Source: a virus
Lineage: Duplodnaviria; Caudoviricetes
Reading direction: 5' to 3' (one strand)
Virus record (IMG/VR): IMGVR_UViG_3300048762_000129
Coordinates: 1-32,833 of that record
Length of the DNA: 32,833 nt
Below the pieces are notes generated by a model that was not told the origin of the DNA, did not search any database, and saw only the letters and a program-made list of their open reading frames with translations. This document shows, in pieces, positions 25,737 through 32,833 of this stretch. Position numbers and translations under genes: made by a program. The first letter of the stretch is position 1. Each line of letters begins with the position of its first letter.

Positions 25737-26048
25737 TTATTCTCCGCGCGCCGTCCTGGCCGCATGGCACCCATGGCAGAGCCCTCGCACATTGGCCTCA
25801 ACGAGCCGCAGTTCGGGGTGATCCTTGACCTTGAGAATGTGGTGTCCATCCGTGGTGGGAGCGAGCTCGCAGTCCGCGCAGACGGGATGGCGACGTTTAA
25901 ACCATTCCATGAACGCGCGCCAGGCGCCGTCATATCCTCGCTCGGCCGTCTTCGCGCGATCCTGTCCATACCCATGCTGCTCACACCTACCAGACTCCAC
26001 CAACGCCGCGCAGCCGGGATACGTGCACGGGCGCCTTGGGGCAGCCAA
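25737..26048 (-). CDS. Packaging-associated HNH endonuclease, 103 aa
   Basis: PRRPCTYPGC, RGYDGAW, HPVCADC, DGHHI and NVRGLCHGCHAART; lies upstream of terS. Confidence 0.9.
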   Translation of the reverse strand: MAAPRRPCTYPGCAALVESGRCEQHGYGQDRAKTAERGYDGAWRAFMEWFKRRHPVCADCELAPTTDGHHILKVKDHPELRLVEANVRGLCHGCHAARTARGE

Positions 26049-26145
26049 TTACTTTCCATGGTGCGTCCCGAGCCACTCGGCCAGGCGCTTCAAAGAGAAG
26101 CATTGGAGCGCGATGCAGACCACATAGGCCGGTGCGTCCACGCTC

Positions 26146-26574
26146 TCACAATCCCTTCAGCCCCGCCACCACTTCCTTGCCGTGCTCAAGGAGCAGCGTG
26201 CCGATAATACCCATGAGCGCCAGAACCACTGGCCTGGTCCATCCGACCCACTTGGCGTCCGCCGCCGCTTCCGCCCTGTCGGCGGCGCGGTCGCTAACTT
26301 GTCCGGCTTGCACGTTCTCGATCTGATCGTGCAGCCCGGTGATGCACTTTTGAAGCTCGCCAAGCAGCGGGCAACTGTGGTCGCGCGCGGCATTGCGCTT
26401 CTCAATCTCGATGATCTGAGAAGAGTGGCGCGCAACAGAACCATTGAGCGCGTCGAGACGCGCGATAACGAAGGCCTGTCCGGTTTCGAGGCGACCGAGC
26501 ATTCCGGTCATAACGCTTTGAAAGTCTGCGAAGTAGCGCGGTACTGTGCCTTCGTCTGCCATCCGTTTCGCCAT
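26146..26574 (-). CDS. Coiled-coil protein with C-terminal TM helix (possible holin/lysis accessory), 142 aa
   Basis: RLDALNGSVARH coiled coil, followed by the VVLALMGIIGTLLL hydrophobic segment. Confidence 0.55.
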   Translation of the reverse strand: MAKRMADEGTVPRYFADFQSVMTGMLGRLETGQAFVIARLDALNGSVARHSSQIIEIEKRNAARDHSCPLLGELQKCITGLHDQIENVQAGQVSDRAADRAEAAADAKWVGWTRPVVLALMGIIGTLLLEHGKEVVAGLKGL

Positions 26575-26646
26575 GCGCGCCTTGAGCGGCCCACCTAACC
26601 CGTCCCTGCTGGCCGCAGGTTGGTGGGCAAAACCCAGGTACTCCCG

Positions 26647-26844
26647 TCAGTCCAAGTCCCCCCACATCCGCATCAGGTGTAGCAGCCACGCTCGCGGTGG
26701 CTGGCCATCGTGCGCGGCGGCAATCTCGTACAGTGGCGCCGTCGCTACGACAACCTCGGGCTCCGGTTCCATCTCGATAACAGCGCTGACGAGAGGCTGG
26801 TCGAACGCGCCGCGGTCCTCGGCGAGATATCGTCCGCCGCTCAT
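26647..26844 (-). CDS. Hypothetical protein, 65 aa (MSGGRYLAEDRG...)
   Basis: ATGA overlap with the upstream small ORF; same strand as the operon. Confidence 0.45.
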   Translation of the reverse strand: MSGGRYLAEDRGAFDQPLVSAVIEMEPEPEVVVATAPLYEIAAAHDGQPPRAWLLHLMRMWGDLD

Positions 26845-27029
26845 GACCGTAGCAGCGCGATGACGGCAGCCAACGCCGCCGCCGAAAGCCACAAGATCGC
26901 CGCCCAGCGCCAAGAGATTTCAGATTGTCGGATCATAACAGCCGCCTGTCGGCAACTGGTGCTTGTGGAGCGCCGCTTGCGCATCCGCCCACAAGAGGTT
27001 TTCTTTACTGATCGAATCCACCCACACAC
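26841..27029 (-). CDS. Small hypothetical membrane protein (true start uncertain)
   Basis: C-terminal WAAILWLSAAALAAVIALL hydrophobic helix; stop overlaps the next start. Confidence 0.4.
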   Translation of the reverse strand: MCGWIRSVKKTSCGRMRKRRSTSTSCRQAAVMIRQSEISWRWAAILWLSAAALAAVIALLRS

Positions 27030-27063
27030 CCCCGCCCGCCGCCGTCCAGCTTACACCCGAAAT

Positions 27064-27184
27064 TCCGATCTGTCAAAACAAGGCCGAAACAAACGGCTTA
27101 TCGGAGCGCGGCCGGCCTGCTGGTGAGGACAGGTCCGGCCGCTTTGTTCGACGCCGGCGCCGCCGGCTTGGGTTGCTCCGATCT
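27064..27184 (-). ncRNA. Candidate structured cis-regulatory RNA (three-way junction plus downstream hairpin)
   Basis: Pairings 27175-27182 with 27100-27107, 27162-27167 with 27153-27158, 27130-27142 with 27108-27119, and 27094-27099 with 27080-27086. Intergenic on the coding strand. Confidence 0.45.
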
Positions 27185-27186
27185 TT

Positions 27187-27399
27187 CTAGCCGGTGCGCC
27201 CGGTCTCGCGCGGGCAGCCGCCAGAGAATGGCAAACCGGGCTCCCTTTCGGTCAAAATCACACTTTTCTCTTCATCGCACGCGACGCCATTTTTCATCAG
27301 GATGCGGACCCTGGAATGAATTCGATACGATTGCTTTCGGTGGGTCCTGGAAGTGGTTTGGCGTGTCGGGCCATCCAGGCGACTCAGTAGAGATTTCAC
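27187..27399 (-). CDS. Hypothetical protein, 70 aa
   Basis: GTGA overlap with the upstream stop; no motif. Confidence 0.35.
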   Translation of the reverse strand: MKSLLSRLDGPTRQTTSRTHRKQSYRIHSRVRILMKNGVACDEEKSVILTEREPGLPFSGGCPRETGRTG

Positions 27400-27695
27400 G
27401 CCGCGCGCCTCTTGGACCGTAGAGTCAGCAGCCGAATTATAGGCCCAACTACCGGAACTCCCTGGATTGCCTCGATACTGGCGATGCCAGTACGCGCGGC
27501 AATGTCGTAATCGTTTTCGACGGACACGCGCGCCGCCATGTGGCGGGGATCACCACTTATAAACTCAATGGAGCCATCCGGGTGGCGCCACGCGCGCTTT
27601 TGGCGCACGTACTCGCAGGCCCGGCGGCGAGAGGTCCAGCCAGGTCCGGAGGCGGGATTGAGGATTCGAACTGCTCGTTTGTCGTGGAGGGGCAT
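27396..27695 (-). CDS. Hypothetical basic protein, 99 aa (MPLHDKRAVRILNP...)
   Basis: First ORF downstream of the candidate late promoter; start refined to ATG 27695. Confidence 0.55.
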   Translation of the reverse strand: MPLHDKRAVRILNPASGPGWTSRRRACEYVRQKRAWRHPDGSIEFISGDPRHMAARVSVENDYDIAARTGIASIEAIQGVPVVGPIIRLLTLRSKRRAA

Positions 27696-27781
27696 TTCTG
27701 GATGCGGCTCGGTGAGATCGCTCGGAGTTGAGCGAAGGTGTTTCAAGAAGTGCAGTTCAAAACTGCACAGTTTACACCAAT

Positions 27782-27810
27782 AGTTTGAAACAAATCGATC
27801 TGATTGTCAA
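27782..27810 (-). promoter_or_regulatory. Candidate late promoter (sigma70-like) with downstream inverted repeat
   Basis: TTGACA (27810-27805), 17 bp, CAAACT (27787-27782) in an AT-rich island. Perfect 8-bp inverted repeat GTGCAGTT-caa-AACTGCAC at 27750-27768. Confidence 0.6.
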
Positions 27811-27831
27811 GACCCTGGTTTCCAGATGTGC

Positions 27832-28200
27832 TCATAGAACCTCCTCGAGGCCCAGCCGGCCGAACGCGGCGACCTTCTCGGGATAGCCGGATCCGACCGG
27901 GTTGTAGCGCTTCAGAAACTCGACCACGGTGCGCCCCTGGCCGCGCACGATCTGCCGGCGCAATGCGCGCTCGCCGTCCACCAGCCGCCGGAAAACCGCA
28001 TAGCCGCTCGGACCGCGACGAGATCCGGGCTGGCCCGCAAACTTCAGGCAACCAGGGTTGCGCAGCGCCGCACAGTTCTCAATGCGAGCCAGGGCATCGA
28101 AGAGTCGCTCCTGAACGGATGGGGAGCGCGGCGCCAGTCTCTGCGCGAAAGGGGCGTGCAGGCAGGTGGCCGAGAGCGCGAGGAGTAGGAATCCTTTCAC
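27832..28200 (-). CDS. Lysozyme-like protein (NNPGN/'virion protein P5'-type) with signal peptide, 122 aa
   Basis: MKGFLLLALSATC leader, then ARIE, RNPGCLKF, GYAVF...DGERAL, TVVEFLKRYNP and Y..KVA. Confidence 0.6.
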   Translation of the reverse strand: MKGFLLLALSATCLHAPFAQRLAPRSPSVQERLFDALARIENCAALRNPGCLKFAGQPGSRRGPSGYAVFRRLVDGERALRRQIVRGQGRTVVEFLKRYNPVGSGYPEKVAAFGRLGLEEVL

Positions 28201-28442
28201 GGAGCAACCTCCAGCATCCGCGCGTGCGCCGGGCAATAATCGATGTCCGGATTCTGGTGCACCGCGCATTTCTCGCATAGCGGCCGATCGCAGGTCTTGC
28301 CGGTCTTCTCACCGGTTAGCGGGAAGTCGCAGAGCTTCGGGGCGCGTCGCTGATGGCAAACGGAGCACAGCGGCGCTCGATCTCCGCGCCCGCAGGCGAT
28401 GGCAAACCGCCCGTCGCCAAGGTCGATCTTTCTACAGGGCAT
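28197..28442 (-). CDS. Small Cys-rich Zn-finger protein, 81 aa
   Basis: MPC...IACGRG, CSVC, LCDFP, TCDRPLCEKCA and DYCPAH. Confidence 0.75.
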   Translation of the reverse strand: MPCRKIDLGDGRFAIACGRGDRAPLCSVCHQRRAPKLCDFPLTGEKTGKTCDRPLCEKCAVHQNPDIDYCPAHARMLEVAP

Positions 28443-28716
28443 GCGCGACCTCCGGCATCTGCTCGACCGTGCCCTGCTGGACGCGGCGTGGCGCATCGCG
28501 GCCGTTCCACCAGAGGTAGGCCACTCCCACCGGCCACCTGTCCTGCCATCGCCTCTCAAACGACCAGGCGAAGGCGACCTTCCATTGCCGCCACTGTTCG
28601 CACTCCGTGCCGGCGAGCCCAGCCGACGCCAGTGGGAAGGCTTGCATCAAGTTCGCTATCATCCACCGGCGGTCGCGGTCGATCCAGATAGGACGCTTCA
28701 CCAGGTCATTTGCCAC
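28432..28716 (-). CDS. Hypothetical Trp-rich protein, 94 aa
   Basis: Overlaps both neighbours in the operon; GGAGG upstream. Confidence 0.55.
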   Translation of the reverse strand: MANDLVKRPIWIDRDRRWMIANLMQAFPLASAGLAGTECEQWRQWKVAFAWSFERRWQDRWPVGVAYLWWNGRDAPRRVQQGTVEQMPEVAHAL

Positions 28717-29566
28717 GGAGCACCTCCGGCAACTCGCGGACGCGCAGCAAGCTCGGCAGGCTCTCCAGCATCAATCCCTTTCGGTCGCTCTTGAGGAACA
28801 TGGTCCCGCGCATCTTTCCGAGGGAATCCACGGGGTTGGCGCCGAGTTGCTTCATCCAGAACTTGATGTCGTGTTGCTGGCACCAATCGAGAGACACATA
28901 CGCCCAGTTGTCCACGAATGGTCGCGCGTTTGCGCCCGACTCGCCGCCAACGATGAGCAACTTGATGAACTCCCATCCTTGCCAGTTCACGCGGCCGATG
29001 GCCGGCTCGTACCAGACGTGGGTGCTCCAGCCCATGGCGGCAAGCTCTGCCATCGGGTTTCGCTGGCGGTCTGCCTCGGATTGGTTCATCACAGAGCAAC
29101 CGACGGTGATCCCGTCCGGAGGATACCAGTGTCCATTCCCGTAGATCCGGTTCATGGCAAACGTGAACTGCCGGCGCAACTCGACTGGCATTTTGGTGAG
29201 GAACATAATCCGGTGTCCGTTCCTGAGCGCAGAACAGGCCACGCGAAGAATCTTCTCCATGTCGTCGGTTCCTAAGCGCCCAATGTCCCCATGAAAGCCG
29301 GTGGCGATCAGGGCCGGTTTGCGCCACTTCAGGGGATCGGAGAGGTGCGCTTCGTCAAGGAACGTCTGTCCAGACCACTGCTTCCCATCCGGACTCAGCG
29401 CAACCTGAAAGAACGCCGAGCGGTGCGGGTGCTCTTTCTCCTGACACCTTACGATGCGCGCCACCGTCTTGCGTGCCCAGCACCGCGGGGCGCAGGGCAT
29501 GTGCGGATCGCAGCCAACGACCACCTGCCAAGCCTTGTCGGCGAGTCCGTAAATCTTCTTATCCAC
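28706..29566 (-). CDS. DUF5131 / phage Gp37-Gp68 family radical-SAM-like protein, 286 aa
   Basis: WQVVVGCDPHMPCAPRCWA, PLKWRKP, FLTK, GCSVMNQ, EPAIG, IVGGESG and FWMKQLG. Confidence 0.85.
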   Translation of the reverse strand: MDKKIYGLADKAWQVVVGCDPHMPCAPRCWARKTVARIVRCQEKEHPHRSAFFQVALSPDGKQWSGQTFLDEAHLSDPLKWRKPALIATGFHGDIGRLGTDDMEKILRVACSALRNGHRIMFLTKMPVELRRQFTFAMNRIYGNGHWYPPDGITVGCSVMNQSEADRQRNPMAELAAMGWSTHVWYEPAIGRVNWQGWEFIKLLIVGGESGANARPFVDNWAYVSLDWCQQHDIKFWMKQLGANPVDSLGKMRGTMFLKSDRKGLMLESLPSLLRVRELPEVLRGK

Positions 29567-30293
29567 GCTTCACCTCGGTGTCGTACTTGTAGTAGCCGCC
29601 GTTTTCCAGATCATGCACTGCGCCCGGGTCCGAGACATCGCAGGGAATCCGGCCTGCGACCGCTACCGGCTGGTGTGGGCGCGCCGGAATAAGCGCAGCG
29701 CGCGCAGATTCGAGCTTTCCGGCCAGATCCAGTCTGGTGATTTCGATGCCAGCTTGGGCCCTGATTGTGTCGACGCCGGCATAAACGATCTGACGCAGCC
29801 GGATAATATACGCCTCAGCGGCCGTGCGATATTCGGCAAAGCGCCCGATGGTGGACAGCAACCCTCGGATGCGCTCCTGGTATTCCTCTGCTGTCGGTTG
29901 CGCCCACGCCCGCTCCCAGGTTTTGCGCATGTTATCGCGCTCGCGCTCGGCCCGCCGGCGGCGCTCCAGCTCGAGGTTGTTGGCCTCGAGGAGCGCACTC
30001 TCGCGGGCGCGAAGCCGGTCCACTTCCGCGGTGAGCTTCTGAATCCTGGCCATGTAATCGCAGGCTTCTTGCGCCTGCTGCTGATTCCACGCGGCGAGGC
30101 AGGCGATCTCGGAGTTCTTCTCTGTAAGCAGCCTCTGAAGAGATTCGATCTGCGATTGATGGGTGGGGAGTGCGTTTGGATTCGGAATCCCCATGTCGAG
30201 AGTCGGGTATGTCCAAAGGCGGTGAATCGGGCAGCCTTGCCTCCCGGCGGTGGTGTTGCAATTGTCGCAGCCAAGTACGGGCGTGTTGCTCAT
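29559..30293 (-). CDS. Coiled-coil hypothetical protein with N-terminal CxxC...CxxH, 244 aa
   Basis: GCDNC..GCPIH followed by a long heptad region (LLEANNLELERRRRAE); ATGA-coupled. Confidence 0.7.
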   Translation of the reverse strand: MSNTPVLGCDNCNTTAGRQGCPIHRLWTYPTLDMGIPNPNALPTHQSQIESLQRLLTEKNSEIACLAAWNQQQAQEACDYMARIQKLTAEVDRLRARESALLEANNLELERRRRAERERDNMRKTWERAWAQPTAEEYQERIRGLLSTIGRFAEYRTAAEAYIIRLRQIVYAGVDTIRAQAGIEITRLDLAGKLESARAALIPARPHQPVAVAGRIPCDVSDPGAVHDLENGGYYKYDTEVKRG

Positions 30294-32050
30294 CGTGCCT
30301 CCAGAAACAGCAGGTCTCGCGCGCGAAGGCGGCCTGACTGGTATTCGATCAGGCCCAGCGACCGGAGACGACCGCGCGGGTTGTTATAGGCGCCCCCGTT
30401 CGGCTCGTAGCCGGCCGCCCGGGCGCAGTCTTCGTTGCTGATGGACCTCGGGTACGTGCGGAGAATCACTTCCAGGATGCGGCGCTCAGGACCGGGTAGG
30501 CGCTCCAGCACGCGGCGCTGTAGTTCGTCGGTGGTCAGGACGGAATCCGGGAACTCAGCGGCGGCGCGGCCGTCATCCGTGAGCGCGATGCGATCACTGC
30601 CGAGGTATTCCACCAGGCCCTTGGTCCGGAGGGCACCACGGGGGTTGTTCCATGCGCCTCCGCCAACGGTGTAGCCGGCGAGGAACGCCACGGCGGTCTG
30701 TTGTGGTTGCTCGACGCCAATCGACTCCAGCCAGGCGATGGCATTCAGGATGCGCTGCTCGGGCCCGGTGAGGCCTTCCGCTGGCGGACTAGATTTCCGC
30801 GTCGGCCGCGGAAGTAGTCCACGCGGCGGCTGAACCGGAGCGGGGGCCTGCGCCGCCGGCGGCCGGGCGGCATGACGTGGTTCAGTGATCGTATCGACGA
30901 ACTGTGCCAGGCTCTTCGCCAGATTTAGCGCGTTGTTTGTTATATCCGCGGCCTTGGCAATTTCCATCAGCACCTCGCCGTACTGCTGGTGCACGGAGCG
31001 CGCGGCCTCTTTCCGGATCTCCGACTCGCGTTCGGCTGTTACCTTCGGGTCCGGCGCCGGCGCCGCCGCGCGCGCCTTACGGAGTTCCACCTCGAGCGCC
31101 GCGATGCGCTTGCGTAGTTCGCGTGGATCGTCGGCGACCGCTTTCTGGATCTGGGCTGCCATCTGGTTCCGCAGCCTCTCCAGGTCCACTGGAGCGATCT
31201 GTTTCGGTGAGGCGATGCGCTCGCCGGCCTTCGGTGTTGCGGAGCTATCGAAGGTTTCCCGCTCGCGGATATGGACGCGCTTGAAGACGTTCAGCCATGC
31301 CGGCGACCAGATCCAGGCGTCTCCGCGCTCCAATGATGCCAGCGATGCGAGAAACTCTTCCTGGCGCCCTTCAGTATCGTGAGCTTCTATCCATGCCAGG
31401 AGCGCCGCCCGGTCCAGCTTATGGAGGACCCGCATCCCCACCAGCGTCTCCATCTGGCTGAGGACGTCCTTGTTCAGCACCTGGGCGCGCTGAGAAATGA
31501 GCGTCACGCCGATGCCGCTGGAACGGCCGCGGCGGACCAGGCGGTCGAACGCTCCAAACATCGCCTCGTGTCCATGCGGCAGACGCTGCGGTACGAACTC
31601 ATCGGCTTCATCGACGATCAGCATGAGTGGCGATCGGTGTTCAGCGGACCCCTTCCGGTCGTAGAGGCGCTTGGCGAAATCCGCTGCGAAGCGCCGCTGG
31701 TCGTTCATGGAAAGGTGGCGCAGCGCAAGAATCACGGAAGCTCGCGTGTCCACCACGAAGTCAGCTAGGACCGCGCCGGCACCGGCGTCCAGTGGAACGT
31801 CGGCATGATCGCCTCCGATCACGGGCACTGAGTAACCCGGTCGGGTTCCATCCTTCGACGATTTCAGACCCCACCATACGTCTACTGGATCGATGATCAC
31901 GACCTGGTGCTTGGCCTTCAGAAGCTCCTCGGCCAGCACGACGGCGGTGTTTGTCTTCCCGCTGCCGCGTATCCCGAGGATGGCCAGCGTCTGTGTAACG
32001 GCTTCCTGTGGGAGGCTTAGACCCTTCGCAATGTTGAGCTCGGACGTCAT
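30290..32050 (-). CDS. HerA/FtsK-superfamily (DUF87-like) ATPase with coiled coil and duplicated C-terminal wHTH-like domains, 586 aa
   Basis: Walker A GIRGSGKT, IIDP, Walker B LIVDEADE, RRGRSSGIGVTLISQR. Start refined to ATG 32050 (ATGA overlap). Confidence 0.88.
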   Translation of the reverse strand: MTSELNIAKGLSLPQEAVTQTLAILGIRGSGKTNTAVVLAEELLKAKHQVVIIDPVDVWWGLKSSKDGTRPGYSVPVIGGDHADVPLDAGAGAVLADFVVDTRASVILALRHLSMNDQRRFAADFAKRLYDRKGSAEHRSPLMLIVDEADEFVPQRLPHGHEAMFGAFDRLVRRGRSSGIGVTLISQRAQVLNKDVLSQMETLVGMRVLHKLDRAALLAWIEAHDTEGRQEEFLASLASLERGDAWIWSPAWLNVFKRVHIRERETFDSSATPKAGERIASPKQIAPVDLERLRNQMAAQIQKAVADDPRELRKRIAALEVELRKARAAAPAPDPKVTAERESEIRKEAARSVHQQYGEVLMEIAKAADITNNALNLAKSLAQFVDTITEPRHAARPPAAQAPAPVQPPRGLLPRPTRKSSPPAEGLTGPEQRILNAIAWLESIGVEQPQQTAVAFLAGYTVGGGAWNNPRGALRTKGLVEYLGSDRIALTDDGRAAAEFPDSVLTTDELQRRVLERLPGPERRILEVILRTYPRSISNEDCARAAGYEPNGGAYNNPRGRLRSLGLIEYQSGRLRARDLLFLEAR

Positions 32051-32535
32051 CTGCCCGCTCTCCTCCTGTTGCTTTCGGCTGTCCGCGCGCTGATCTCCGC
32101 GCGGTGCCTCTTCATGTGCTCCCGTCGGCTGGAGCAAACCTCCAGATTGTCCGCTGCGAAATTGCGGCGGTTCCGGTCCTCATGGTGGACGATCTCGCCT
32201 TTACGCAGCGGCCTGCCGAGCTTCTGTTCGGCTACGATCCGATGCGCATGGCGTTCGCCGATCTTCGGATAGGATTTCGCCGATTCGGATTGCTTGGCGC
32301 GGTAGCAGGTATCCGAGCAAAATGAGTGCCTTCCGACTTCGGCCTTGATCCGGACGAACGCCTTTCCGCAGTTCTCACAGGTCAACTCCTCACGATTCCG
32401 CATCGCGAGGCCTCGGCAGTGCATCGAACAGTATCGGCCGCTATTTGGATGCCTCTTTAGCTCTTTCTGGCGACGGTGAAACTTGCCCCCACATTGCTCA
32501 CAAGTAAGTGTCACCCGCGGTACGGCATTCGGCAT
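32047..32535 (-). CDS. HNH endonuclease with two N-terminal CxxC/CSxxC Zn modules, 162 aa
   Basis: CEQCG..YCSMHC, CENCG..FCSDTC, HRIVAEQKLGRPL..EIVHHEDRNRRNF..NL..H; TAATG start. Confidence 0.88.
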   Translation of the reverse strand: MPNAVPRVTLTCEQCGGKFHRRQKELKRHPNSGRYCSMHCRGLAMRNREELTCENCGKAFVRIKAEVGRHSFCSDTCYRAKQSESAKSYPKIGERHAHRIVAEQKLGRPLRKGEIVHHEDRNRRNFAADNLEVCSSRREHMKRHRAEISARTAESNRRRAGR

Positions 32536-32833
32536 TATGCGGCCCTCCCAAACTCTCGTTGATACTCGGCCATCCTTCCAGTCCTGATCAAGTACGCGGA
32601 CCGCCTCTGCCGCCAATCTAACTTGATCCGCCGCTTCCGAAATCCGAAGCGTCTCCGGTATTCAGTCGCGGCCTTTCGACAAACGTCACATCGGCAACCG
32701 TGAAAACAATACGTGCTTGGCTTGCCATGTAAGTGCGCCGGCACGGTTGGTGGCTGGGACGCCCTGTTCGCGCGTTGGTAGCTCCGGTTCGCCGCGGCGC
32801 ATTCGGGGCAACGACAGCCGTGGCGCACATAGG
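32535..32833 (-). CDS. Phage Cys-rich protein with repeated HGCRCxxC motifs; 5' end probably beyond window
   Basis: YVRHGCRCPEC and HGKPSTYCFHGCRCDVC; frame open to the window edge. Confidence 0.7.
   Translation of the reverse strand, partial: YVRHGCRCPECAAANRSYQRANRASQPPTVPAHLHGKPSTYCFHGCRCDVCRKAATEYRRRFGFRKRRIKLDWRQRRSAYLIRTGRMAEYQREFGRAA

Noticed and set aside
26049-26141. Possible 30-aa ORF (VDAPAYVVCIALQC...) before the packaging HNH
   Set aside because: Too short and motif-free to support, although it fills the gap.
27083-27135. Hammerhead ribozyme on the plus strand (CGAAAC and CTGGTGAG)
   Set aside because: The core deviates from CUGAUGA and stems I-III cannot be formed convincingly.
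27743-27835. 30-aa ORF MSTSGNQGLDNQIDLF...
   Set aside because: It is ATGA-coupled but overlaps the promoter and palindrome in atypically AT-rich sequence, so it is more likely regulatory DNA.
279-32325. Many plus-strand and alternative-frame ORFs in the track (e.g. 2230-3150, 12083-12937, 13297-14172, 18809-19708)
   Set aside because: They are shadows of well-supported minus-strand genes in GC-rich DNA, with Arg/Pro-rich composition and no motifs. Only the IS genes are credible on the plus strand.
1-32833. tRNA/rRNA genes, integrase, att sites, repressor, host assignment
   Set aside because: None recognisable in this window, so prophage versus free phage and the host taxon cannot be established from the sequence alone.

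Overview
The window is a GC-rich segment of an HK97-like, long-tailed temperate phage or prophage, encoded almost entirely on the minus strand. In transcription order (right to left) it starts with accessory genes: a Cys-rich protein, an HNH nuclease, a HerA/DUF87-like ATPase with duplicated C-terminal helical domains, a DUF5131/Gp37Gp68 protein, a Zn-finger protein and a lysozyme-like protein with a signal peptide. Next come a candidate late promoter and a structured leader, then the packaging HNH, a cos-like region, and the small and large terminase. The head and neck region has portal, a bacterioferritin-like gene, a ClpP prohead protease with a Cys-rich tail, major capsid, head-tail connector and head closure. 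A B12-radical SAM enzyme and two double-domain glycosyltransferases follow. The tail region has terminator, tube, frameshifted chaperones, HK97 gp10, tape measure, minor tail proteins, the tail tip and a fibre-like ORF that runs off the left edge. A complete 1506-bp IS1595-family element (terminal inverted repeats, 8-bp target duplication, passenger gene) lies exactly between gp10 and tape measure. The most notable observations are (1) a bacterioferritin homologue with a remodelled ferroxidase/heme site coupled between portal and a protease bearing a metallothionein-like tail, and (2) a four-GT-domain plus B12-radical-SAM cassette built into the neck operon, a candidate virion glycosylation/methylation system. 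All family assignments come from motif recognition by eye; no searches were run.
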